NCBI GenBank assembly: GCA_037441285.1
Contig: JBBISL010000004.1
Span: 22,398 to 86,397, forward strand
Source: a candidate division WOR-3 bacterium
GTDB taxonomy: Bacteria > Hydrothermota > Tepidihabitantia > Tepidihabitantales > Tepidihabitantaceae
Direction: 5' to 3'
DNA length: 64,000 bases
The position numbers were made by a program, and so were the translations under genes. Below, in pieces: positions 9,221 to 19,081 of this stretch. The stretch's first letter is position 1. Each line of letters opens with the position of its first letter. The notes beneath the pieces are model-generated. The model was not told the DNA's origin, did not search any database, and worked only from the letters and a program-made list of their open reading frames with translations.

Positions 9221-9767
9221 CTAAAAATTGAGACGCAAATCCATTTTCAGCCTGAACTCCTTCGGCAACCAATATCCCTGAACCAATCCGTAATCAATCA
9301 CCATTTTGGCATCAGTAACAACAAACGACAGGCGCGCCGGGACAAACTCTAACCGAACCACATCTCCTGAATTGACCCTTACATAACCTATGCCCCTGAT
9401 GTAATAATCATCGGCACGTCGGGGAATAAATTTTACCATTGCGACACTTTCCCCTTGCCAAACTTTGGTACCGAGTACCTCATAACGATAGCCGTCTCTT
9501 GTTTTCAAGAAAAAAGGGCATCCTGGTCTGACGCGCTATCAGCCCCTTTTTCACTAAATTCTGAGAGACCTGTATCTTTTCTCGCCCGGAACCCACACGC
9601 CCATCAACACTTACTTGCAGAAAATCATACTCCTGATAAGTAAAGTTTGCATAGTACACGACACCCGCCAGTTCGCTTGCAATCTGACGTTGAGGAAGGA
9701 ATATTCGATTGTTGACCTCTTCTTCATTAAAAGCCCAGAATAAAATTAGCAGCCCAATAAGTGTCAA
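9221..9767 (-). pseudogene. LolA-like (outer membrane lipoprotein carrier fold) protein split by a +1 frameshift in a T6 homopolymer
   Basis: ORFs 9480..9767 (signal peptide MTLIGLLILFWAF...) and 9221..9508 overlap. Deleting one T from the coding-strand run CCCTTTTTTC (plus-strand GAAAAAAGGG, ~9510-9519) yields one ~185-aa protein reading ...RMPFFLKTRDGYRYEVLGTKVWQGE... Confidence 0.45.
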
Positions 9768-9847
9768 AAGGCATTATCTTTTTATGCTACCATTTGTCAA
9801 GGAGTTAAAACTTGCCCAACATCTTAATAAGGGTAAACTTGTTTAGT

Positions 9848-10813
9848 ATGGATAGTGGAAAACCACGGGTGGTTTTCTCCGCCTGTTTGGGATTTGAGCA
9901 CTGCCGGTACAACGGAGAAATCATCAATGATGATTTTTGTGAGCGCCTAAAACATTATGTTGAACCGGTTCCGGTCTGTCCGGAGAAAGCAATTGGCCTC
10001 GGTGTACCGCGTGAGCCAATCAAAATTGTCTATCAGAACGGCATCCCCCGACTTATTCAACCCGCTACCGGTAAGGACTTGACTGAATCGATGCAACGGT
10101 TCGCTACTGAATTTCTCGGTCAACTGGATGTTGTGGATGGGTTTATTCTTAAATCACGTTCGCCCTCGTGTGGCACCCGTGATGTTAAATCCTACAACGC
10201 AGACGGCAATCTCAGACCATCGATTCACCGCCGGGGCATCTTTGGTGGCGCAACAATCGAGCGGTTTCCTGATAAACCGGTTGAGGACGAAGGCCGACTG
10301 AAAAATTTCCTCATCCGGGAAAGCTTTCTGACCCGACTTTTCTCCCTATATCGGCTCCGATTATTGCGTTTAGCCCCGTCAATGGGCAATCTCGTGGAAT
10401 TCCACACCACTCACAAACTTCTCTTGATGGCATACGACCAGAATTTGCTTCATCGTTTAGGACGCATCGTCGCGAACCCGGACCATCGACCGCTTCATGA
10501 ACTGCTCGATCAATACGAACAACTTTTATCCCACGCCCTTGCGCGACCACCCAAGTACACCAATGCGATCAATGTCCTGCTGCACACGCTCGGTTATTTT
10601 TCTCGTAATCTCAGTGCCGCCGAAAAGGGGTTTTTCCTCGACACCCTGGAAAGTTACCGCGCCGGCCGCCTGCCATTGAGTACCCCGGTCAGCATAATTC
10701 GCTCCTGGATTGTCCGCTTTAATCAACAGTACCTCGTCCGACAGTGGTTTTTCTTCCCCTATCCCGAAGACCTGCGCGACATCAGCGATTCGGGCAAAGG
10801 ACGCGACCGATGA
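9848..10813 (+). CDS. DUF523 (TudS-like [4Fe-4S] thio-nucleobase desulfurase family) fused to DUF1722 (YbgA-like)
   Basis: N-terminus RVVFSACLGFEHCRYNG...PVCPE carries the Cys-rich DUF523 signature. The C-terminal half is alpha-helical and YbgA-like. The stop overlaps the uvdE start (ATGA). Confidence 0.55.
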   Translation: MDSGKPRVVFSACLGFEHCRYNGEIINDDFCERLKHYVEPVPVCPEKAIGLGVPREPIKIVYQNGIPRLIQPATGKDLTESMQRFATEFLGQLDVVDGFILKSRSPSCGTRDVKSYNADGNLRPSIHRRGIFGGATIERFPDKPVEDEGRLKNFLIRESFLTRLFSLYRLRLLRLAPSMGNLVEFHTTHKLLLMAYDQNLLHRLGRIVANPDHRPLHELLDQYEQLLSHALARPPKYTNAINVLLHTLGYFSRNLSAAEKGFFLDTLESYRAGRLPLSTPVSIIRSWIVRFNQQYLVRQWFFFPYPEDLRDISDSGKGRDR

Positions 10814-11721
10814 CCATTCGTATCGGTTATCCCTGTATAAACCTATCCCTTAACTGCCGTAGTACGAAAACATTCCGTCTCCGCTCTTATTCTGAGGAAA
10901 GATTCAAAACCACCGTAACAAGTAATCTCGCCTGTCTGGAAGAAACAGTTAAATGGAACATCGAGCACGACATCAAATTCTTCCGCATCAGTTCGGACCT
11001 CATTCCATTCGCCTCTCATCCTATCTGCACATTCCCCTGGCAAAAGTTTTTTCGTCCTTACTTCCGTCGTTTGGGTTATTATATCCGCGAGCATCGTATC
11101 CGGGTCTCAATGCATCCTGACCAATTCGTTCTCCTCAACGCCCTTGATAAAAGAATTGTCGGCAACTCTATAAGGGAATTAATATATCATGCTCAAGTCC
11201 TTGACCTCATGCAACTCCCGCCGGATGCTAAAATTCAGATTCATATCGGCGGTGTATACGGTAATAAAGAAAAAAGTATCCAACGATTCGCTCAACAGTT
11301 TCAGAAACTTCCGGCAAATGTCCGGCAGCGATTAGTTGTAGAAAATGATGACCGCTTGTATACCGTGAGCGATTGCCTGAAACTGCACTGTCTTATTAAA
11401 ATTCCGGTGGTATTTGACTCTTTCCACCACGAGGTCAATCCCGACGGTACCGATATCAAAACTGCCTTATTGCGTTCCATGCGAACCTGGCGCCGTCGCG
11501 ATGGCGTCCCAATCGTTGATTACTCTTCCCAGGAACCAAAAGCTCGTCTTGGCTCTCATGCCCATCACATTAACCAGAAGCATTTTCGCTCTTTCATCGA
11601 ACAACTTCCCAAACATGACTTCGACCTGATGCTGGAGATAAAAGACAAAGAAAAAAGCGCACTGGTGGCTTTGAAACTGTTAAAAAATTTGGTGTATCGG
11701 CAATACGCTTTTATAGTTTGA
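10810..11721 (+). CDS. uvsE: UV DNA damage endonuclease (UvdE/UvsE)
   Basis: MTIRIGYPCINLSL... and TIM-barrel UvdE family motifs (..FRISSDLIPFASHP.., ..IHIGG..G.KE..). Confidence 0.65.
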   Translation: MTIRIGYPCINLSLNCRSTKTFRLRSYSEERFKTTVTSNLACLEETVKWNIEHDIKFFRISSDLIPFASHPICTFPWQKFFRPYFRRLGYYIREHRIRVSMHPDQFVLLNALDKRIVGNSIRELIYHAQVLDLMQLPPDAKIQIHIGGVYGNKEKSIQRFAQQFQKLPANVRQRLVVENDDRLYTVSDCLKLHCLIKIPVVFDSFHHEVNPDGTDIKTALLRSMRTWRRRDGVPIVDYSSQEPKARLGSHAHHINQKHFRSFIEQLPKHDFDLMLEIKDKEKSALVALKLLKNLVYRQYAFIV

Positions 11722-11730
11722 TTGAAATAT

Positions 11731-11758
11731 TTGACTGCATTCAAACCAAGCATATAAT
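11731..11758 (+). promoter_or_regulatory. σ70-like promoter TTGACT-N16-TATAAT immediately upstream of rnfC
   Basis: TTGACT at 11731-11736 and TATAAT at 11753-11758 lie in the 50-bp uvdE-rnfC intergenic. The ATG at 11772 is only 13 nt past the -10 box. Confidence 0.5.
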
Positions 11759-11771
11759 TACCACCAATCTT

Positions 11772-13076
11772 ATGGGTAAATTTCGTGGCGGAATTCATCA
11801 CCGCGAGCATAAGGAAGCAACCGAATACAAACCGATTGAAGTTGCTCCTTTGCCCCAGCGGGTATCCATTCCTTTATCTCAGCACGCCGGTGCACCTTCG
11901 AAACCGGTTGTAAAAATAGGCGATAAGGTCCGCACTGGAACTGTCATCGGCGAACCAAACGGCACGATTTCTGTCCCCACCCATTCATCAATCTCCGGCA
12001 CCGTCTCGGAGATAAAAGAACTCCCCCATCCACTTACCGGTAGATTCACCACAACGGTCACCATCGACTCCAACCGTCAGGATACTCTCGACGAAAATAT
12101 CAGACAGCGTGATCTCAGCAATATCACCCCTGATGAAATAATTTCCGCAATTCGTAACGCCGGGATTGTCGGATTAGGGGGCGCGGCATTCCCGACTTTT
12201 TTTAAACTGTCTCTGCCCAAAGATAAACCCGTTGACACTCTAATCATCAACGGTTGTGAATGCGAACCATATTTGACCGCTGACCACCGTTTAATGGTCG
12301 AAAAACCGGCAGAGATTATTGAAGGGACCACCTTTATCGCGCGGGCATTGGGCGTAAAAAATGTCATTATCGCCATCGAAGACAACAAGCCTGATGCTAT
12401 TGCCGCGATGAAGGAAGCTGCCAGCAAAACCAATTTTACCGTCCAGAGTCTTAAAACTAAATACCCCCAGGGTGCCGAAAAACAGTTAATAAAAGCCTGT
12501 TTGGGTCGCGAAGTTCCTTCCGGTGGACTACCGGCTGATGTCGGCTGTATTGTGCAAAATGTAGGTACTGCAGTAGCAGTGCGGGAGGCGGTCCGGTTCA
12601 ATCGACCGCTTTATGAGAGAGTCGTAACTGTCACCGGTTCCGGGGTCTCGGAGCCCAAAAATCTTCTTGTTCGAATCGGAACCCCCGTTAAAGAGTTGAT
12701 AAATTTTTGCGGCGGTTACCGGGGAAAACCGGAAAAACTTATTATGGGTGGTCCGATGATGGGTATCACATTAGCATCGGATGAAGTTCCAGTGTTGAAA
12801 GGAACATCCGGTATCCTTGTTTTCAACACCGCCGATTTGGCTGAAGAACAGGACTGTATCCGCTGTGGTCGTTGTATTGAAGCCTGCCCGATGGGCTTAT
12901 CACCCACTCGTTTAAACTACCACATCAAAGCCGGAAGACTCGCTCAGGCAAAAAACGAACACCTTCTCGACTGTATTGAATGTGGCTGTTGTGCCTTTGT
13001 TTGCCCGGCAAAGATTCGGCTCGTCCATAACTTTAAATACGGCAAAGCGGAACTCGCACGCACGAAAGGGAGATAA
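11772..13076 (+). CDS. rnfC: Rnf electron transport complex subunit C
   Basis: NADH/FMN-binding region (GLGGAAFPT) plus two 4Fe-4S motifs, CIRCGRCIEACP and CIECGCCAFVCP. Track ORF starts at 11718 but the promoter position favours ATG 11772. Confidence 0.85.
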   Translation: MGKFRGGIHHREHKEATEYKPIEVAPLPQRVSIPLSQHAGAPSKPVVKIGDKVRTGTVIGEPNGTISVPTHSSISGTVSEIKELPHPLTGRFTTTVTIDSNRQDTLDENIRQRDLSNITPDEIISAIRNAGIVGLGGAAFPTFFKLSLPKDKPVDTLIINGCECEPYLTADHRLMVEKPAEIIEGTTFIARALGVKNVIIAIEDNKPDAIAAMKEAASKTNFTVQSLKTKYPQGAEKQLIKACLGREVPSGGLPADVGCIVQNVGTAVAVREAVRFNRPLYERVVTVTGSGVSEPKNLLVRIGTPVKELINFCGGYRGKPEKLIMGGPMMGITLASDEVPVLKGTSGILVFNTADLAEEQDCIRCGRCIEACPMGLSPTRLNYHIKAGRLAQAKNEHLLDCIECGCCAFVCPAKIRLVHNFKYGKAELARTKGR

Positions 13077-13078
13077 AA

Positions 13079-14134
13079 ATGGACAACGACGGAGCAACCC
13101 AACTTATAGTCACATCGTCGCCCCACATCCGCTCGAACGTGACCGTAGCAAAGTTAATGTGGGCGGTTATTATCGCTTTGTTGCCGGCACTAGGCGGTTC
13201 AATCTACTTCTTCGGTGTTAAAGCGCTCCTATTGATTGTCATCACCACCGCCGCGGCGATTTTATTTGATGCCCTGGGACAACTGATGTTCAGACGCAAG
13301 ATTACCATTGATGATGGTAGTGCCGCAATAACAGGTTTACTTCTTGCTTTTAATTTACCACCCAATGTCCCCTGGTGGCTACCGATTGTCGGTGCCGCTT
13401 TCGCCACCATTGTTGTTAAACAGTTTTTTGGGGGACTGGGCCACAACTTTATCAATCCAGCCCTCGCCGCACGCGCATTCCTCGTCGCTTCCTGGCCCAC
13501 ACAGATGACTTCTACCTGGCTTGCCCCGCATACCGGCAATGTATCAGGGCTTTCGCCCCAGGCGCTCACACTATGCACCGACGCAATAACCTCTGCAACA
13601 CCACTCAATGTCTTAAAACAGGGCGCCAAACTTCTTTTGCCCGGCTGCGACCCCCAACTACTCTATCAACACCTCCAGTCCTGGGATACAATTAAAAACC
13701 TCTTCTTTGGCAACATCGGGGGTTGTTTAGGAGAAACATCAGCCCTGTTATTGCTTATTGGGGGAATATTCCTGATTGCAACCAGAGTCATTGACTGGCG
13801 GATACCACTCTCTTATCTCCTCACCGTTGCCGCACTGGTCCTAATTTTGCCCGGACACAAAACTGCGGTTTTAAACTACACATTATTCCACCTCCTCTCG
13901 GGTGGACTTATACTCGGTGCCTTTTATATGGCAACTGACTATGTGACATCGCCGTTGACTCATAAAGGTCGGGTAATCTTTGGAATTGGTTGCGGAATTC
14001 TTACCGTTGTTATTCGTCTCTGGGGCGGCTACCCAGAAGGGGTGTGTTATTCAATCATTTTGATGAATGTTGCCACACCGTTAATTGACCGACTCACTTT
14101 ACCCCGGGTATTTGGCACAAGGAGAAAGAAATGA
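13079..14134 (+). CDS. rnfD: Rnf complex subunit D
   Basis: NqrB/RnfD polytopic membrane protein; FMN-attachment region ...TSATPL... is conserved. Confidence 0.85.
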   Translation: MDNDGATQLIVTSSPHIRSNVTVAKLMWAVIIALLPALGGSIYFFGVKALLLIVITTAAAILFDALGQLMFRRKITIDDGSAAITGLLLAFNLPPNVPWWLPIVGAAFATIVVKQFFGGLGHNFINPALAARAFLVASWPTQMTSTWLAPHTGNVSGLSPQALTLCTDAITSATPLNVLKQGAKLLLPGCDPQLLYQHLQSWDTIKNLFFGNIGGCLGETSALLLLIGGIFLIATRVIDWRIPLSYLLTVAALVLILPGHKTAVLNYTLFHLLSGGLILGAFYMATDYVTSPLTHKGRVIFGIGCGILTVVIRLWGGYPEGVCYSIILMNVATPLIDRLTLPRVFGTRRKK

Positions 14135-14682
14135 AAGAAAGTAAACTCTGGATGGTTCTTTCTCTATTTATAACCTGCTGTATTGCGGCTTTTGCCCTTT
14201 CCCAGGTTTATGCAATAACAAAGCCGAAAATCGATTACCAGCGACAAGTAGCAGGATTGCGCACCACACTCGGCGCGGTAATGCCCGAAGCGGACCGGTT
14301 TGAACCGGCAAATTCCGACTCAACAGTCTGGTTTGCCTATGCTGGTGAACAGCGCATTGGCACCGTAATCCGAGCCGCAAAACAGGGTTATGGCGGGCTG
14401 GTGCCGGTTACCGCAGGAATCGACCTTGAAGGCAAAATCGTTGCCATCCGGGTCGCCGGCGCTGCCGAAGGATTAAAGGAAACACCAGGATTGGGACTTA
14501 AGGCAACTGAAGAAAAGTTCCGCGACCAATTCAAAGGCAAGACCTTATCCGAAGTTCGGCTGAAAAAAGACGGTGGTACCATTGAAGCGATAACCGGTGC
14601 AACAATTACATCTCGGGCAGTAACGGACGCGATTAGGGAAGCGATGGAAAAATATCAGGATATTATTAAAAGCAATGAGTAG
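14131..14682 (+). CDS. rnfG: Rnf complex subunit G (FMN-binding)
   Basis: N-terminal TM helix and the FMN-binding motif TGATITSRAV. Confidence 0.8.
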   Translation: MKESKLWMVLSLFITCCIAAFALSQVYAITKPKIDYQRQVAGLRTTLGAVMPEADRFEPANSDSTVWFAYAGEQRIGTVIRAAKQGYGGLVPVTAGIDLEGKIVAIRVAGAAEGLKETPGLGLKATEEKFRDQFKGKTLSEVRLKKDGGTIEAITGATITSRAVTDAIREAMEKYQDIIKSNE

Positions 14683-15292
14683 CAAGAAAGAATCCCGTCT
14701 TACTTACCTAACATCAGGAATTATTAAGGAAAATCCGACACTTATCCTGATGATTGGGCTTTGTCCCACTCTTGCCACAACCGTCTCCGCCCGTGATGGC
14801 TTGGGAATGGGACTTGCCGCCTCATTTGTTCTCATTGGTTCAAATATCGTTGTTGCTGCGGTGCGGAAACTGGTACCCGATTCAGTGCGCATCCCGATTT
14901 TTATTATCGTCATCTCAACCTTCGTTACAATTGTGGATTATCTTATGCAGGCTTATCAGCCCGGTTTGTACCGAGTGCTTGGTGTATTCGTTCCCTTAAT
15001 TGTCGTAAACTGCATCATACTGGGCCGGGCTGAGGCATTCGCCTATAAACATGGCATCTTTGATTCATTTTTGGATGGACTTGGTAAATCAATTGGTTTC
15101 ACGCTGGTTCTGTTTATCATGGGCACGATTCGAGAAATCGTTGGCAACGGCACCTTCTTCGGTCAACCGGTAACACCCACCTGGTACCGGACTGCACCGA
15201 TGCTATTTGCCATTTTCCCACCCGGTGCCTTCTTATTAATTGGTTTGCTCAAGGCGCTCGTCAATAAAACAAGACTCGGGGGGAATAAATGA
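14675..15292 (+). CDS. rnfE: Rnf complex subunit E
   Basis: NqrD/RnfE family, 6 TM helices, strong similarity pattern to RnfA. Confidence 0.85.
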   Translation: MSSKKESRLTYLTSGIIKENPTLILMIGLCPTLATTVSARDGLGMGLAASFVLIGSNIVVAAVRKLVPDSVRIPIFIIVISTFVTIVDYLMQAYQPGLYRVLGVFVPLIVVNCIILGRAEAFAYKHGIFDSFLDGLGKSIGFTLVLFIMGTIREIVGNGTFFGQPVTPTWYRTAPMLFAIFPPGAFLLIGLLKALVNKTRLGGNK

Positions 15293-15879
15293 CTCAAATG
15301 AATCCCGCCAAAATCTTCCTCGCCGCCTTTTTGGTCAACAACATCATTCTGATGCGATTCATTGGCCTATGTCCCTTCTTTGGCGTATCAACATCGCTCA
15401 ATACCTCTGCGGGAATGAGTGCTGCGGTCCTGTTCGTAATGCTCCTTGCCGCCTGGGTTTCCTGGATTCTTTATCACGCCCTGCTAATCCCTCTGGGACT
15501 CGTATTTCTTCGCACGGCAGTGTTTATTCTTGTAATTGCAGCACTGGTTCAGTTTGTTGAAATGTTCCTCAAGCGTTATATCCGCAACCTTTACTCAGCA
15601 ATGGGTATCTATCTACCTTTAATCACCACCAACTGTGCCATCTTAGGCGTAACATTTCTTAATATCGATTACAAATTCAACATCCTTCAAGCAACAATCT
15701 TCGCCCTGGGTACCGCTTGCGGCTTCGCACTCGCCATCATCCTGTTTGCGGCGATTCGCGAGCGGCTCGAAGACGCGCCCATCTCGCCGGCATTTAAAGG
15801 TTATCCCATCGCCTTCATTGGTGCCGCACTGGTATCGTTAGCTTTTATGGGCTTTACCGCTCTTTTCGGGATTTCGTAA
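15289..15879 (+). CDS. rnfA: Rnf complex subunit A
   Basis: NqrE/RnfA family membrane protein. Confidence 0.85.
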   Translation: MTQMNPAKIFLAAFLVNNIILMRFIGLCPFFGVSTSLNTSAGMSAAVLFVMLLAAWVSWILYHALLIPLGLVFLRTAVFILVIAALVQFVEMFLKRYIRNLYSAMGIYLPLITTNCAILGVTFLNIDYKFNILQATIFALGTACGFALAIILFAAIRERLEDAPISPAFKGYPIAFIGAALVSLAFMGFTALFGIS

Positions 15880-16890
15880 ATGGACTGGCTTCTCATCTTC
15901 AAATCGTTATTAGCCCTTGGCGGTCTTGGTCTGATTCTTGGGGTCATTCTCTTAATCGCCTCGCTCAAACTTACCGTCAAAGTTGACGAACGGGAAGCAC
16001 AAATTCGCTCCATTCTCCCCGGAGCTAACTGCGGCGCCTGTGGCTACCCGGGCTGTGATGGTTATGCCGCGGCAATTGTCGCAGGTAAAGCACCATTAAA
16101 TGCCTGTTCGGTTGGTGGACCCACTGTCGCCTCAAAAATTGGTCAAATTATGGGACAGGAGGTAACAGCCACCGAACCGCAGGTTGCGGTGTTAATCTGC
16201 CGCGGAGGAAAAGAAGAAGCCCCACACCGATTTGAATACCGGGGTGCTGAAGACTGCCGGCAGGCAGCGCTCCTGCTTGGTGGACCGAAAGCCTGCATCT
16301 ACGGCTGCGTTGGTTTGGGTCACTGTGTTAAAGTCTGCCCGGTCAACGCAATTAAAATGGGAGAGAACAAACTCCCGATTATTGATGAAAAAACCTGCAT
16401 CGGCTGTGGAAAATGTGTCAAAGAGTGTCCCAAGGGAACATTGCGATTAATTCCGCGTTCTAAACTGGTCTACCTTGCCTGCGTGTCACACGACCGGGGC
16501 AAAGCGGTTAAAGATGTTTGCAAGGTTGGCTGTATCGCCTGCAGTTTATGTGTCAAAGTTTGCCCGGTTGGCGCCCTGAAAATGGAGAACAACCTGCCGG
16601 TTATGGATTTTAGCAAATGCATCGACTGCGGCATCTGTGTCCACAAATGTCCGACCAAATCATTTATTGACCGGGCGCCCGGTCGACCAAAAGCCTCAAT
16701 CAACCCTCGTTGCAACGGCTGCGGTGAATGCGTCAAAGTGTGCCAGTTCAAAGCAATTGAAGGCGAACCCGGAAAACAGCACCGGGTTACTTCCGAAAAA
16801 TGTATTGGTTGCGGTCAGTGTGTCCTGGTCTGTCCGGTTAAAGCAATTGACCTGGTTGGTGCCCTCGGGCACGCAATGAAAACCGTCTGA
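15880..16890 (+). CDS. rnfB: Rnf complex subunit B with an extended poly-ferredoxin C-terminus
   Basis: N-terminal TM helix, then CGACGYPGCDGYA, then at least five C..C..C...CP 4Fe-4S motifs. Confidence 0.8.
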   Translation: MDWLLIFKSLLALGGLGLILGVILLIASLKLTVKVDEREAQIRSILPGANCGACGYPGCDGYAAAIVAGKAPLNACSVGGPTVASKIGQIMGQEVTATEPQVAVLICRGGKEEAPHRFEYRGAEDCRQAALLLGGPKACIYGCVGLGHCVKVCPVNAIKMGENKLPIIDEKTCIGCGKCVKECPKGTLRLIPRSKLVYLACVSHDRGKAVKDVCKVGCIACSLCVKVCPVGALKMENNLPVMDFSKCIDCGICVHKCPTKSFIDRAPGRPKASINPRCNGCGECVKVCQFKAIEGEPGKQHRVTSEKCIGCGQCVLVCPVKAIDLVGALGHAMKTV

Positions 16891-16938
16891 CTTTTGCCTC
16901 TCTCATAATTCAAATTTACTATTCTCGTTGCCGTCTCC

Positions 16939-16966
16939 TTGACTGTTTTATTTTTACCGCTACTAT
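16939..16966 (+). promoter_or_regulatory. σ70-like promoter TTGACT-N16-TACTAT upstream of the MFS transporter gene
   Basis: The -10 box ends 6 nt before the GTG at 16973, so a leaderless transcript is possible. Confidence 0.35.
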
Positions 16967-16972
16967 CCAGTA

Positions 16973-18256
16973 GTGTCCAACCGATTTGCCCTCATCCTCC
17001 GCAACAAAAATTTTCTTTTTTTAACCTTCGCCGGAGCGATGTCACAGTTAGGCGACCGCCTTTCCCATATGCTCCTAATCACGCTCATCGGTCTCACAAC
17101 ACCAGGAAAACTGCTCGCTTATTCGGGGGGCTCCCTCACATTCGTCATACCGACCTTAATCCTCTCGCCCATTGCCGGTGTCCTGGTTGACCACTGGGAC
17201 AAACGCAAAACCATTAGTCGAACCCATTTCCTCCAGACCGCACTACTGCTCTTAACCCCTTTTGCCATAAGACTCACCCACAGTTTCACCCCCTTCTGGA
17301 TTGCATTAACCTTATTCTTTGGCCTTGACATCTTCAATAACACCGCCAATCCAGCGCTCTTGCCCAATGTGGTATCGTCTGATAAACTACTCCTTGCCAA
17401 TTCGGTAAGCCTCGCTTTTGCCCGCATCGCCACCGTTCTCGGAATGGTGATTGGTGGATTTCTGATAAAATGGGTGGGCTGGAACAACGGAATATTTATC
17501 GATGCCTCCTGTCATCTTATTGCCGGAATTTTAATACTTAACATCATCACTACCCAACAAACAAATGCCCTCTCCTCTCCCCCTATCGCAACTCGTCCTA
17601 ACGAACCCGCACTGGTGCTGAATGCTCTAAAACAGTACTTTAACGACTTACTCGAACTCATCCGCCTGGTTTTGCACAATCGCATTGTCGCCTTTGTCCT
17701 CGCTTCCATTGTCATATCCACTTTTATCTCCGCAGTCTCTTACACAATTCTCATCTACATTGTGCAACAGGCTTTGCATATGGGACCAAGAGGGGTTGGT
17801 ATCTTCGCCGGAATCTTGGCAGTTGGGATGATTGCCGGTGCCGCGGCGATGGGTCTTCTCCCTCAAAATATAAATCGACCTTTTATTATCGTCCTGATTA
17901 CATTCTTATATGGCTTGCTTTTTTTTATCGGTAACTGGCTTATCACGGTCTGGTTTATGATTATCGTTGCGCTCATTGCTGGCATCGCATTTTCCTGGTT
18001 AGGAATTGTGCAAAACACAATGTTACAGGAGGGAGTTGAGCCAACGATTCGGGGCCGGGTGTTCTCCACTCGCGAATTTGTCACCAATTGCACTTTTCTC
18101 ATCACCACACTTACCATTGGTATTCTCGGTGATTTCACATCTTACCGCACCGCGATTCTCGTAATCGGCATCGCTTTAATTGTTCTGGGAGGCGCTGGTT
18201 TTCTCTGGGTCCGGCACGGCCTGCGCCCGGACCGCAGATTAAACTCGGACAATTAG
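16973..18256 (+). CDS. MFS family transporter
   Basis: 12 predicted TM helices with MFS-like topology; a GTG start is implied by the track. Confidence 0.65.
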   Translation: MSNRFALILRNKNFLFLTFAGAMSQLGDRLSHMLLITLIGLTTPGKLLAYSGGSLTFVIPTLILSPIAGVLVDHWDKRKTISRTHFLQTALLLLTPFAIRLTHSFTPFWIALTLFFGLDIFNNTANPALLPNVVSSDKLLLANSVSLAFARIATVLGMVIGGFLIKWVGWNNGIFIDASCHLIAGILILNIITTQQTNALSSPPIATRPNEPALVLNALKQYFNDLLELIRLVLHNRIVAFVLASIVISTFISAVSYTILIYIVQQALHMGPRGVGIFAGILAVGMIAGAAAMGLLPQNINRPFIIVLITFLYGLLFFIGNWLITVWFMIIVALIAGIAFSWLGIVQNTMLQEGVEPTIRGRVFSTREFVTNCTFLITTLTIGILGDFTSYRTAILVIGIALIVLGGAGFLWVRHGLRPDRRLNSDN

Positions 18257-19081
18257 ATTGTCAATCAATCTTGCTTTACCAAAATAGAGAGCCAGGGCTA
18301 TAAGCACTTCACCTTTAATTACTTGTACAGGTTTCAAACAAGTTGTATCAACAATTTCCACATAATCAATTCTGCCCAACGAGGCGGTCTTGATTAATTG
18401 GCGCATAGCCTGTTTGACTTTACGGGCATCCCGTTCCCCGCATTTTATCATCCGCTCCGCATGCCCCAGTGCCTGGTAAAGCACCACCGCCTGCTGCCGC
18501 TCTTCAGGCGTTAAATAGCTGTTACGGGAACTCAACGCCAAACCGTCAGGCTCGCGCACCGTCGGTACAACGACAATCTCAATATCGAAATTTAAATCCC
18601 GCACCATTCTCTTTATCACATATGCCTGCTGGGCATCTTTCTGACCAAACACCGCAAGGTGAGGCTTAACGATATTGAAAAGTTTGGCAACCACCGTTGT
18701 CACACCGCGAAAGTGGCCGGGCCGCGACCGACCGCACAGATACCGGGTTAAACCTTCCACCTCAACATAAGTAGAGTAGTTGTCCGGGTACATTTCTCGA
18801 ACATCTGGATAAAAAATTACATCAACGCCCATTTCTTGAAGCATTTTCCGGTCCCGGGCAAAGTCCCGCGGGTATCGCCGGTAATCTTCCTTTGGCCCAA
18901 ACTGAATCGGATTGACAAAAATGGAGACAACGACCCAATCGCACCGCTGCTGCGCCACCCGTACCAGTTCCAGATGCCCCCGATGCAAAGCTCCCATCGT
19001 CGGTACAAAGCCTAATTTTCCCTTTTCCCGCAGTTGGGCGGCAAGCCGTTGCATCCCTTTTACCGTTTTAACGATTTTCAT
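18239..19081 (-). CDS. panC: Pantoate--beta-alanine ligase
   Basis: [19 protein letters not shown] is the HIGH-type motif. Start trimmed to M19 of the track ORF so it only slightly overlaps panB. Confidence 0.85.
   Translation of the reverse strand: MKIVKTVKGMQRLAAQLREKGKLGFVPTMGALHRGHLELVRVAQQRCDWVVVSIFVNPIQFGPKEDYRRYPRDFARDRKMLQEMGVDVIFYPDVREMYPDNYSTYVEVEGLTRYLCGRSRPGHFRGVTTVVAKLFNIVKPHLAVFGQKDAQQAYVIKRMVRDLNFDIEIVVVPTVREPDGLALSSRNSYLTPEERQQAVVLYQALGHAERMIKCGERDARKVKQAMRQLIKTASLGRIDYVEIVDTTCLKPVQVIKGEVLIALALYFGKARLIDNLIVRV

Noticed and set aside
8549-9811. The xerC-adjacent segment (membrane protein plus frameshifted LolA-like gene) as an integrated element
   Set aside because: There are no flanking direct repeats, no tRNA target, no phage or plasmid genes, and the GC content looks similar to the surroundings.
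12077-12601. 174-aa minus-strand ORF inside rnfC, plus similar antisense ORFs inside gyrA (26058..26992), glyA (35702..36613), infB (51712..52263) and the T9SS cargo gene (61602..62120)
   Set aside because: All lie antisense within strongly supported genes and show low-complexity, Ser/Arg/Pro-rich translations typical of non-coding frames.
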